DNA of 62,202 nucleotides, filler included, from Choristocarpus tenellus KU-1152 (Eukaryota > Protista > Phaeophyceae), in the NCBI GenBank assembly GCA_964200185.2. It is 13 parts of 13 records of this genome, joined end to end, with 100 filler letters (N's around TTAATTAATTAA, not from the genome) between each part and the next. Parts side by side here need not be neighbours in the genome. Positions count along the whole stretch, not along the records: positions 31,160 to 38,255 come from CAXNAD020006707.1; positions 38,356 to 41,533 come from CAXNAD020021756.1; positions 41,634 to 48,541 come from CAXNAD020007088.1; 10 more parts are not named here. The stretch is one strand, 5' to 3'. Position 1 is the stretch's first letter. Each line of letters starts with the position of its first letter. The notes under the pieces were generated by a model. The model was given only the letters and a program-made list of their open reading frames with translations. It was not told the DNA's origin and did not search any database. Of the stretch, positions 34,301 to 46,522 are shown one piece after another. The position numbers and the translations under genes are program-made.

Positions 34301-37300
34301 GCCTATTGACACCTTGTCCATTTTTTTTTTGTTTATTCAATGTAGGGCTATCTGTTGACACCAATGGATACCACTGGGGCACTAGACACGACTTTTTATC
34401 ATTTTGTTGCAGATTCATTGGGTTGAGATATCCATTTGGCATGGACCATACTGCCACTTCTGGACCCAGGGTGAAATTGTTTTTTCCCTTCCCCTTGGGG
34501 TGTTCTTCCTTGCAGATATATTGTAAATCACTCTGGGCTCAAGGGTGAGGCGGACTCTGATCCCAAGTTGGTGGGAGCAGAAGGCTCTACTCCAGGGCAG
34601 CATGTGGAGCATTGTGAAGGGCAAGGCCTCAGAAAGCAGAGTGGTGTTCAGAGGAAGCCATGGCACGGCCGAGTGGTGTTGCACAGTCTGTTTGAGAGCA
34701 TGTGTCGGGGGTGCTACGAGAAGCAGTGGAGGCGCAAGATTAGTGCCTGCCGTGGGATTAGGGAGGCGTGTGCGATAATGAACTGGCAAACTGCGCGTGC
34801 TTTTGAGTTTAAACTAATGCAGGCAAGTTTCTTCGTGCTATGCATTAGTTTTGAGTTTTTCAAAAGTGTTTTGAGTATTTGACAGTTGGTTTGGCAGTAT
34901 GTGTTGGTGTGTGTTTGTGTCTTGTTGAATCATTCCGAGGCATTGGATAGGCAAGGTGTGCTTGATAGGCAAGGTGTGCTTGATAGGCAAGGTGTGCTTG
35001 ATTTTGGCATTTTTGAAGTGTAAGTTGTTTGGTACACTGCGGTGTAGTTTGTAGTAGGGTTAGGGGTGAAGTATGTTTGCCTTGTTTCTATGTGGGGTGA
35101 AGTCCAGGTAGAGAGGGTACTTGATGTGGTGGCAATTACAAGAACAGGGTGATACCAATTGATACCAAGTACAGTGGTAGGGAATGAAGGTAAATACAGA
35201 GACTCTGGTGAAGGTCCATACCCTGTCCTTTTCCCTCAAAGTGCTGATAGTTCTTCAAAGTAGGGCCTTTTGGTGCTGATGGCTGTTTGATGAATGCAAC
35301 TAGCCTTGGTGAACCTTGACCATCCTCAGACACCTCCAACAAGCCCCCCCTCCCACTAGCCCCCTTCATAGTTCCACGTATTTTGGACTTCCTACGGTAC
35401 TTGGTTTCAACCAACTATTCCCCAATTCACCTCCCTTTTGCACCCCTCATCCTATTTATTACCTCCCTCATTGGACGCTTACTTTCTCCCACTTAGCTTC
35501 TTCTCGCACTTACCTTCTCCCACTTACCTTCTCACACTTACCTTTTCACACTTACCTTCTCCCACTTACCTTCTAACCCTAACCCTTCTCACCGATGGGG
35601 ATGGGGTGTTTGTTGTGTTTGGTTACTTGAAGGCTCTCCTGTTTGTCATCAAAGACCACCCTCGAGAGGTGTCCATTGTTACTGTTGAAGACGCACAGTC
35701 TGCACTCTATGCTCTACTCACCACTCGGTATGGAATTGTACAGTCTAGCACTATGTCAACTGGGGCGGTGGCATCCACCTCTGCGCAAGGTCCTGCTGCT
35801 TCTCCTGCTGCTTCCCCTGCCCCTCGCTCTGGAGCTGGCCCAAGCCCTGTCTCTGTCCCAGGGCCAAGTCCGAGTCAGGCCCCCACGGCATCTCCAGCCC
35901 AAGTCACAGCGGCTACAGTCACCCCTCCCACAGCCCCTCCACCCTCCCCATCGACATCACCTTTGCCCCCCCCTGCAACTCCAAACATCACTGCTGTGAA
36001 TGTGGGACAGGGGGGGGAATCAGAGACAACTCCTGTGGGTACCCCTGTTGGGGCGCTGTCTGCAGCAACAGGAGCAGGAGGTGCTGGGTCGGGTGTAGCC
36101 CACGGGTCGATGGCTGGTCAGGTGGGAAAATGCTAGACCATAGCATTTGTTTTGGTGGACAAGTTGCTATCTGTGACCTGGATGTTTGGATTATGTCCTA
36201 AGTGGTTGGAGTGTATGTAGCCAGGTTGTTGTATGTGTGCTGCCCATGTGGCAAAGCATGCATGTGCTGATCATTAGACACACTCACATAAATGTAATGA
36301 AAAGTATGTACAAACCCTTGGACACTCATAGGTATATGTACAGATTTTCCAATTGGTCTTGATAGTCTTGCCTAGACTAGAGTCATTGGGAGATTTGTAG
36401 ACAGAACAACATTTGGCCCAACCAAATGGCTTCTGTTTTGTATTAAGCCAATAAGGTGTCTTTACCTTGCAGCATACCCTTCTCTCTTATTCTTCATACC
36501 AATGTTCGTGATACTGCTTGATCGGCCAATCTTTATTTTTCTGTTACAGTGTTATTGATCGCTCTCTGTTATCCTCAAGCATTTAGGGTTATGGATTGTA
36601 TTGTTGTACACATTGGACTTGAACATATGCAGTAGGATAGTGCTGGTAAGTCCCATTCGTTCCCCCCTTCCGTCCTTTTTTTTCTCCATTCCATTTGTTG
36701 CTTTGGTTTTAAAGTACAAACTGTTCTAACCCTAACCCTAACCCTAACTCTCAACTTATCAATAGGCGGTGAGTGAGAGTGGAGCCTCTCCAATGGAAGT
36801 GGAAAGTCAAGGTGTTGGTGCAATTGGTATTGCGAGTTCTTCACCTCCTCTTCATGGTTCTGTTTCTGGTGTTAGTGGAGGTCATGGGGCGGAGACACCT
36901 TCATCGTCCTCTACTGTCCATGTGCATCAAAAGGTATTGAAAGGTCGATCAGGAGATATGTTGGATAGTGGGATAAATTCACGGGTTTTTTGGGGGGGTC
37001 TATGTGTTCCCCGATTCACGCAAGTTAAAAATGGAATCAGGTGGCGGTGTGTGCTTACATATGTTTTTATTTCATTTTTTTTATAAATAGAAACAATTTG
37101 CTTAGGGTTAGGGTTAGGGTTAGGTCTTTCGGTCGTACTTTTTCAGGGCTTGGTATTTGTGATCAGTACATGAGTCTATTGACTTTGCAAGTTGAATGAC
37201 TCAGTTTGATGCTAGTGATCATTAGTTCGCATAGAAAAATGGATGTGTGTGTTTTGAAGTTCTTTGAAGTGTCTTGAGGCCTTGGTGCTTAGACTTTAAA

Positions 37301-38010
37301 AAATGACTTCAGTTATAGTCCTTTGTTGGAAGTGAGGGTGGAGTAATCTTGTGGCACAAGTTTCAAGTAGTTCTTTTCTGCAAGTGTATTTTTCATGATC
37401 GGAAATCAGGACCAAGCAGGTCGATCAATGTTTCTGCATACTCCATTTTATATACTCCATTTTATATACTCCATTTTATTTTAAATTTGAGATAGGGAAA
37501 GAGGTCTAGACTTGACTTGTAGAAGTGTGCCTATGATAGTCTGACTTGTTTTCAGTTCAATCACCAGCACAATAAAACAAGATTGGCTAGTTCAAATTTG
37601 GCAAGTAGAAAGTATCGTGAATTAGATCTTGATGTGATTGCCTACTTGTGTTAACATTTGCCTACCTGTTGATCTGGGATGGGCCAGTGCGGAATGTAGA
37701 CTTGACCTGAATTGCCCTTGGAGCTAATCTGGACTGAGTCATATGTAGATCTCTCATTGGGAATCACTTGAACTGAGTTGTTTATGGAATAATTACGGAA
37801 CAGGGCCCTTCAGAGGTGAACATAGCCGACTCTGTGGTGCACCTCCTGGCCACAGAGCTGTCCAACTATCGCCATGCTGTACGGTCCACTGCCAAGCGTG
37901 CTATCGAGCTATTAGCGGCAGCGAAAGGCTGTACTACAACAGATATACTCTTACCCTGCAAGGATGTCATTGATGCTCACATCTTCTCCAAGCAGCTGAG
38001 GGCAGTGCAG
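31363..38010 (+). CDS. TRRAP: TRRAP/Tra1 (PIKK-family SAGA/NuA4 scaffold), internal HEAT-repeat fragment of 7 exons
   Basis: Phase-consistent exons: 31363-31992, 32373-32843, 33195-33283, 34516-34822, 35633-36121, 36766-36933, 37804-38010. Segments LFESMCRGCYEKQWRRKISA...KLMQ|ALLFVIKDHPREVS and LLATELSNYRHAVRSTAKRAIELLA...ILLPCKD correspond, from memory, to the TRRAP motifs LCACCYEQAWYAK, ALLFVMMDLTGEVS and LVREVTSPNSTVRKQA. Confidence 0.85.
32304..32358. repeat. 10-bp tandem repeat (CTCAATCCTT)n in an intron
   Basis: About 5 units immediately upstream of the acceptor at 32372. Confidence 0.85.
34946..35001. repeat. 18-bp tandem repeat (GATAGGCAAGGTGTGCTT) x3
   Basis: Directly visible. Confidence 0.85.
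36726..36748. repeat. Interstitial telomere-type (CCCTAA)n
   Basis: CTAACCCTAACCCTAACCCTAAC. Similar short arrays lie at about 32059, 32182, 35573, 37102-37123 (TTAGGG) and 50993. Confidence 0.85.
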
Positions 38011-39149
38011 GTGTGCTTGAGGTCTTTTTTTTTTTGCTGACGTGTTGTGGATGTGTTGTGGATGTGTTGGGATGAAGGAGTCTCTTAGGGTGATTTTTGC
38101 ATCTACTTAAAAAAAATAAGTTGAAATTGATTAAATTGATAGTAATTGTGAACTCCTCGTGTGTGAATAAAATCTTGTCAGGTATTGTGATACACTAGAG
38201 GAGTGATGTCCCATTACATCTGATTGATGTGTGTATTAGTATGTTCCCTCATCCCNNNNNNNNNNNNNNNNNNNNNNNNNNNNNNNNNNNNNNNNNNNNT
38301 TAATTAATTAANNNNNNNNNNNNNNNNNNNNNNNNNNNNNNNNNNNNNNNNNNNNACACTTGTTTCTTTTGAACTGGACCGTCAAAAGTTACAAAATACA
38401 TAGCTCTGATTGGGCATACAATTCTGGCGTCTTCCGTTCCAATCTTCCCTGTTATATAAGTGCAAGTCCTATCAAAGATTAGACTTACACCATTCATGAT
38501 CTACTTGGTACCTGATTATTGCCTGTCCTATGCTCCCCAAGCACAAAGAATACTCAAGGCTGCTAGTGCGCAAAACAGGCAATGACAGAAATTAAGATGA
38601 AAAAAGAAGGGCTAATGAGAGCAATAAATGGTAGTAATAATAAATAAAGAGAAACAAAATAAAAAACAAAACAGGTAATAAACAGAAAAATAAAAAACAA
38701 TATGTGGATGTTGAGGGTAACAAAGTAGAAACTGAATAAAATAAAAATAAAATAAAAGGAAGAACAAAGAAGTAAGAAAAAAAAGAAAAAGTCGGTAAAT
38801 AAGGAGAGTAACAACTTATGGAAAAAGAGAAAAACGAAATTAAAAACCAGAGGATGATGGGATGAGAACTAAAAATAAATAAACATTAGAAAAACAGAAG
38901 TGAGACATAGAAGATATAAAAAATAGAGAATTCAAGATCACAGAGAGTTATAGAAAGGAGGAAAACAAATAAATGAAAAGTAGTGAGTTCAGTGTTTATA
39001 TTTTCTAAGGACTTCAGCAAATACAACCGATGTATATTACTGTGTACTCTAATGTGGGCAGCTTCTTCATTTTAACTACTGCTGTTTCATGTTCCTTTCA
39101 GTGCTATGATTTCACTGCTTTAATCTCTTGTTTTAGCATGTACCGGCTG

Positions 39150-41533
39150 AACCTCACCTTGTCCTTCAGGCATACAGTTGTTACCTGCTGGGAGGTGTTC
39201 TGGAGGAGGCACTCATCTCTCTCCTGCTGAATTCCTCCTTACCTCCATCCTTCAACCATACCCTCCAGTGGGGTGACTTGAACTCAAAAACTGGACCCTG
39301 TCCTACCTGTCTCTTCAGCTTTCATCCTTCCACAATGTTTCACTCTAGTACCAATAGGGAAGAGACGTAACACATCCTCTCGGGGCAAGAGTTGTTCTTG
39401 GGTGGGAACATTAGTTGGGCATGGTCTTGTGTTGGGGTTGTGAAGGTCCTAGAAGGCATGATAAACATCCAACTGTAGGAAGGTAAATCTGTCCATTTCT
39501 TCTGTTTAGTTACCTAGTCTGACAACCATCTCTCTTAGAACTTTCCTTTGTACTACAATGCCATTTGGCAAGCTAAGGTCTGACAAGGGTACATTGTTGC
39601 TGCTCGATCTGAGTGTTGGAATCTTTACAAAAGGTACCCATGGTAGCATCGGTGATGGTTGGGAGCATTGACCTTCTCTAAATAACAGTTCCCTCTAGTG
39701 CTGTCTACAAAATGTTGCTCCTAAAAATATTTTCGTAAGGCAGCCGCACCATTTTCCTACAACCCATATTGCGCACTTTTTCCTCTGGGGAAAAAGCTAT
39801 TAGAAGTTTGCATTACCTCAGTACCAGCATTGGTAGAATATTGCACCGTCTGGGGTTTGCTGCATGTAAGGTACCTTTGCCTGCCATGTTGAGCTGTGGT
39901 AAGCAATTTCGACAAGAATAGATGAGACCTGCACCTGTGTCAAGGAGTACCTGGGCAAGCATTCTCGAGCGGACTTTGTGTGGGTGACATAGCAGGGCAT
40001 ATGTCGATACTTGAGCAGTACCATAGGCTGGTGTCATGGAGAATATTATTGAGGTGGAAACGAAAATCTACGTGTCTGTAGTTGGAATGACATGATAAAA
40101 TATAGGCTACTCCTTTGTTTCTTTTTGATATGATAAAAAAACTACCAGCTTCTACTGACTGTTGATTGGTACACTGCACTGGTCGTTATTGTTCATTTTT
40201 TTATTGAGCATCCCAACTCATCATCACATCAATGACAGTAGATAAAAGTATAGCATCAGTTGGTATTCAGTTGATATACGTCACACACAGGATCATCATA
40301 ACACGTGTCATACAAGTTACTTCGGAACTTGTTCCAAGTGCATCCCACTGTTACCTCCTGTTCTCTTTTTTCTCTTCGTTATTGTCTGTCATCTCTGTTC
40401 TTTTCTTTATAAGCATAGGACCCCAGATGCAAGTAAATTGTTGGTTATTATTTTTTCATTGGTTATCATTGACCCCACTGAGCGCCCCATGCTCACTCTG
40501 CAATAGTGCCACTGACGCACATTTGGATGAAATACATACAGAGTTAAAACCATCTACGGAGACCCTTGCCAGTCAAGGTAACAAGCCTCTCCACAGATCA
40601 TGGACTTCTTTCGTTGAGTATCTCATGAAATCACATTGAATTCACATCACATCATTCTTGACTAAGAGATCAATGACTTCAGTTGCAACAGAACAAATAC
40701 ATCAGTGATTTGATTCACAACCACATCAACTCATACCACAGACTACGTATTCTACTCATCGGTGCTTTACAACACCATGATTCCTCTTCACTCGTAGTCT
40801 ATTCATTTCGCTTACATATACACTGCATTCGATTCAGGTTTCAACGCATGACTGGAAACTCAAACTCCATGGTGTAACTTCAAGACGATTCTGCAGCGTC
40901 TGAATCGGTTGGGCTTCTCGCAAATAGTGGAGGAAGTTTCGAGCCTTGCATCGCTGCTAGGTATCGGAGATTCGTTTATATTAAGGCTGCCATCATACGA
41001 GACTCTGCAGTGGATTGAGTACCGGGAAGTCTTCGGTGGGTTCCCGAAAGGTATGGAAGGATTCCCCTGGGAACGAACGAGTCGTTTTAAATCGTTTTAT
41101 ATATATCTGCACTCGTCAGTTATGGACGTGAAGCAGTCTTGACTACAGGCATGATGAAAGCATAATCGGTGTGCCTTTAGTCATGTATCGACTTCGTCCT
41201 GGGAGGCAGATGATGGAGGTAAGCCTTTGCCCGAATCGTGTCGACTTCTATTGCTCACCTTGTCTGTGGGTAGAGCTAGTGGGGGTCAAAGTACAGGCTG
41301 GGGAACGGCTGTGACTGGTCGAAAGGGTTTTGATGCCTTGCTTTTAGGGAACGAACGAGGCACTGTGTTTGCTGGGAACGGAAGAAGGTTCGGTATTTAA
41401 GGCTACACAGACAGTGGGCCAGGAGTTCTGGGTTAAAACAGGTTGAAGCATCAGTGCAAGGGCTGCCAGTACACGGTTGACAACCTCTCTGTATAAAAGT
41501 GAAGTTTAGCTTGATACCTATTCGTGCATGGAA
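39150..41533 (-). mobile_element. Heavily decayed retroelement-like region ending in a Tudor-like domain remnant
   Basis: 39392-39213 reads LLPREDVLRLFPIGTRVK...(frameshift) GPVFEFKSPHWRVWLKDGGKEEFSRREM. Upstream sequence is coding-like but stop-riddled, and a long low-complexity tract (38580-38980) lies downstream. Confidence 0.35.
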
Positions 41534-42778
41534 NNNNNNNNNNNNNNNNNNNNNNNNNNNNNNNNNNNNNNNNNNNNTTAATTAATTAANNNNNNNNNNN
41601 NNNNNNNNNNNNNNNNNNNNNNNNNNNNNNNNNGAAATCAGTGGTTGGGGGGGGTGTGGTTCGAAGGGGTGTTTTTCGGGGATGGGGGGGGGGGGGGGGG
41701 GGGGGGGGAGAGATGGAAGATGGGAGGGAGGTTGAGTAGCAATGTTGGGTTTTAGTAAGATGAAACTTTGGTTTTATCAAAGGTTAACAGCTGGAATTCG
41801 TTTGCAGGTTGGTTGCTGAAGTACATAGTTGCACTTAGTTGGTGTTATGCATGAAGTCCTGTGAGGGGTCTGTGTTCTTGCTTTGTACAGGGTTGTGGAA
41901 CTAATGTTGGTATTAATCTTGCTAGATGTGTTGAATGTGTCCTTACTGATCTGTTAGATATTTTGTTGTTGATTCTGTGACTGCAGGATTCGGGAGGATG
42001 GAACTAGAGTGTGAAATCTTGATGAGATATTCTTTTACATTAGTACCAGTAGCAGATCTGCAGCTCTAACATTTCTTAGCAGATTCATGATTATCATTAT
42101 TTTTTAAATGAACTGGGAGGTTGGTTATAAATTGAAAAGGTCATACATATATATTACTAATATGTTGTAGACACTTTTTTGTGCCTTCTCTTGGAAGAGT
42201 TTCCATCTCAACTTCATTGAACAGACCCCCTATGTCCTTTCTTTTTGTAACTGTGAAAAAGTCTATTATTCCAATGTTACAACACAACTCATGTCACGAC
42301 CTCACAAGAGGATGTGCTTCCTCTGTTCAGCATGACCTTGAGCTGTTCATGTGGATGACAAAAAGATATGTCGAGAAATGAGGTTTCACACAGAGGAACT
42401 ATGTATGTATCTATATTATTGTAAGTTGTGGTCTTAGTTCCAGTACTGAGGTTTGTCACAGAGGAACTACTTCTATGTGTATCTATATCAACATGAATTG
42501 TTGTCCTAATTCCAGTGCCAAGAAGTGCTCAAAGTACAAAGACATTTTGTTGTTAATGTTAATATTAATGTTATGTTGTTAATGCTAATGCTAATGCTAA
42601 TGTTAATATTAATGTCAGTAGCAATTTAATTGTCCATGTCTCCTCTTACCCCAGTTCCTCTATGTCAACCGACCCTACCCCACCCCCCCCGCTTGATTTG
42701 ATACCTCTCCCGACTGCGGGATGTGCCTCGATGTGAACATGAACACAAAACATGGAATGTGAATGTGATGGTAAAAAG

Positions 42779-45700
42779 TACGATGTCATCAATCATGGCA
42801 AGGACGGGATTGGTGCAGTATCTTCCAGCGGACAGGGTAGCCTGTGGCGAATTGCGGCCCTCAAGGGACAGAAGCCCAACGGAGAGATCTCCGTGGACCA
42901 GGACGACTTGTCTAACATCGGTTCCAACATGGGCTTCCGGTCGGAGCTGTTGATTGAGGACACCCACACCTCGATCGAGATGTTCAGACAGGGCTGGAGG
43001 AGTGTCTACGTGAACGAGCCTGGAGAGGTGCTGGCGTGGTGTACGTATCAGCCAGACAATATCACATGGCGTATCAAGCAAGTTCTTCGTTGGCACCAGG
43101 GTGCTGTGCAGCTGCTGATCTTCAAGGGATTGGGATACACAAGCTTTGGAGGGGATTTCCCAACTGTTTTCCACCGCATCTACTCGTTTGATCAGGCCAC
43201 CTATTACCTGCAGGTACCTGTGTGTTTGTGTGTGTGTGTGTGTTTGGTGCGTATAGATATACGTGCGTTTGTGTGTGTGTGTTTGTGTGTGTGTGCACGT
43301 GAAAAAATGATTGAAATGTGTGTGTGTGGTCTGCTTTAGGGTTTGTATGTGCACTCGGGTGGAACACCCTCTGTCTGTCTGTGTGATGAATACAAGGTGC
43401 CTGTGTTATGTTGTGTTGTCTAGCCAACAGTTTTTGTTGAGTTGGGTCGGAGATGAGGGTGACGGATGAATGAGTTTAAGATCTAGTACTGGCGGTACAG
43501 TTTTGGCATTGTATTGGAGTGGCGTTCTTGGCTAGTGTGTATGGTGTCTGGACTGTTAGTTCAAAGGTAGGTGTTCCTGGTAAATGTAGGTGTACAAACA
43601 GCTTAATGTACAGGGCTAGTGATGCATTGATTTTATTTCTTTTGGAATGGTATGTATGGATATGTCTTACGTCTGTGATCCTTTAACGTAGTTGGTGGTT
43701 GTATGTAGTTGGTGTTGAAATACCTCCAAGGTGCTTGTTCAACCATAAGTTGAACTTTAAATGTTTGTTGTACATGGGTGTCAGAAATCAAGATACAAGA
43801 GGTCAAGAAAGTCCACATACAAGATCCAGAGAGCAAGTCAAAGACAGAGAAGCCGCAGAGTTAGTTCTGTAGCATTATACAGGCTAATTGAGCAAGCACG
43901 GTACTACTTAACACCTGTTGAGAGACTGCCCTATCCTTCACGCAAGCAACCCTTTTCTTTCCCTCTCTCCATCCTTGTAATCTCTACCTTGGTCCTGTAC
44001 AGGCTATTCCTGGTTACATTCTGCTGGTGATGCCTGTGGTCTATGGCATCACGGGAGTTCCTCCCTTTGAGACAAGGTATAGTTTTTGATTTTTGTTATT
44101 TGACTTCATGGTAACTTGAAGCTTTGTTGGTTTTCTTTTACCTCTCGTATCGTTCACAAGACTATTTGACTTGCCTCTTCTCCAAATTCTTCTATGTTTG
44201 GTAACATGTACCACCCCCCTCCCCCATCCCCATCCCTGTGGTCGAATCTGTTTTTGTTCCTAGCCTGGAGGAGTATTTCCAGTACTTCACGGCGTTCATT
44301 GTATCAGCGCTACTGCCGACGGCCATTTCCAGTCGTTGGCGCAAGGTCGAGTCAACACGCCTTACCAGGGATGAGCAGACCTGGCTCTCTACAACATATG
44401 TGCAGATCTATGCCTTCCTCCAGGTAATGACTTTTTTTTTCCCCCTCCCCCCCAACCAAACATGGATCTACCCATGGATTTCCTTTGCCGCCAGCTTCCG
44501 CATCTATAGTATGGTGCATTTTGTGTGCTTCTTAAAATGTCCTTCACAGTGTATCTTCGTGTATGTAAAAAACGGTAGGGTGTGGGAATGTGTTTGAGTG
44601 GAGTATTTCGAAAATGTAACTGGTATTGAGGGTGGAGGCGAGAGAGTTTACAACAGTGTTTTTCTTGTGTGCTGTCTCTCTTGTTACCCCTTCCCCTCCG
44701 GCCGTTTTTTTATATGGCCTATGTGTGGGTTGTATGTCCTGGAATTTGTTTTTCTTCCTTGTGTGTATGTTTTGGTACACTGGTAGGCGTTATTTGTTTG
44801 CTGATATTTTGATACAATTTTTATATAGCATTGCAGTATGCAATGTGCAGGAAATGACTATTTTACCTTCTACCTTTAGTAGGAAGAGGCATGATCTGCA
44901 CTTTGTGTTTTACTCCCACCTCAACCCAGTCTATCCACAAAGGCACATGCATACATGCATACATTCATACATTCATACTTCCATATTTTGTATGGTGTAC
45001 CTCAGGTGTTGTGGACAAGTGTCACAAGGAGCAATCCTGAGAATGCTTGGAAGACCAAGGTGCCCACTTGGCCGCTAACTCTGGCATTCTTGGCGCAGTT
45101 CTTGGCCCTTGCTGGTGCTATCTACCGAGTGGTGGACATAGGTGAGTTTTGGGAGAAGATACATCTGTATGTGTGCACATCACATTATTTTTTCTTTGTT
45201 AGTGCCATTATTAGTAAAAATAATAGTAACGGTAATGTTTTTTGTTTGGAAATTTGATTCAGATTCTTATTAATTTTTTTTTTGATGGCATGGCACTATT
45301 TCTTTTCTATTTTTTTGCAATGAAAACCATGGACTAGTATTTTGGATGGGGTCTCGTTGTGTTGTGTGGTTATGTTGGGGTAGTAGGTTTAGACTATGTA
45401 TTTGAATACCTGTACTAGAGCCTGCAAACATATGAACTTATTTTTTTGTGTTCTAAATTTAAGAAGTCTGGAATGTTCTTATATAGACATAGGTCCAATT
45501 AATTGGAGTTGATATGATTTTGATTAGATAATAAATTGTTGAGATTCAACAATAGTTTTTCTAATTGATTTAGAGGAAATGTATATTTTTGAAAGAAAAC
45601 ACAGTACTAATAATTTTATTTGATGAGATTACTGGAGTACTGTAGTGTTTACAAGATTTTTATTGATTTGTTTAAAAATGTTTTCAATTTGAAAAAAAAG

Positions 45701-46522
45701 GGTCAAATACTATTAAAAAATTGTATGTACATATATTATCTGATGGATGTCCGTCCCGTCTCTGTTTTGCAATCATCTCTCTCCTCACTCTTCCACAACT
45801 ACTGCTTGCTTAAAAAAAATAAAAACTTGGAACATACTTGTTACAACATAGTGGGATTTTCAGTCATAATTTCTTCCTAACCTTGTCTTGCTCCCCTTGC
45901 GACCGATGATGCTTTTTTTGGGGACCCACCTCTTCAGGGTTTGTTCTGTGGTACGCTAACTTCTTTAGTATTGTTGTCGTGGCCTGCCTGGCTCTGCATG
46001 CACTTTGGCCTATGGTGTCTCTCAGCCTGGGGTGGAAGGTGCCTTCGTTCTACTTCATCAAGGTGGGTAAAATATTTCTTACACCGTTAAAAGCTCTTTG
46101 TAAGAGTTTTGCTTTGTTTCAAATAGTTGAACTGGAAGTATTTAATGAGTATGTTGTGTATCTTGGCATGCACAAACAAGTGTGCGCGCACACACATTGC
46201 TATTATTATACAAGGCTTAAGACCATTTTTTGTCAACAGTCCTCTTCGATTAAATCATCTCAGAACCTGATATGTTTTTTACTTTAAGGACCTTTCCCTT
46301 TGTGATTCTGGTTTCCTGGATTTCTTTTTTTTTTTTGATAGGTCACTAATAAGTGTTACGAATGAATGACTCATCATCGCCCGTTGTCCTTTTTTGTCGA
46401 TGGTTTTTGACGCCCCCCATGTTTTGCCTTGGTTTCAGCTCTTCCTGTGGGTGATACTGGGCATTGCGGCGATTGTGATTGCTAATGTGTTGGGAGACAG
46501 TGGAGAAACAACCATATACTGA
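42779..46522 (+). CDS. Cellulose synthase / cellulose synthase-like GT2 processive glycan synthase, 3' half (6 exons)
   Basis: Exons ~42779-43213 (acceptor uncertain), 44003-44076, 44264-44423, 45006-45141, 45938-46062, 46439-46522 (TGA), all phase-consistent. Motifs LLIEDTHTS, GWRSVY and QVLRW (QxxRW) are followed by several transmembrane helices. Confidence 0.9.

Noticed and set aside
37102-37123. TTAGGG array as a true telomere
   Set aside because: Only 3-4 units, located inside an intron.
38563-38980. Very hydrophobic 83-aa ORF resembling a membrane protein
   Set aside because: Translation of an A-rich low-complexity tract.
42665-43427. 229-aa and 101-aa minus-strand ORFs rich in His/Thr
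   Set aside because: Antisense shadow of the CesA-like exon plus a (TG)n microsatellite.
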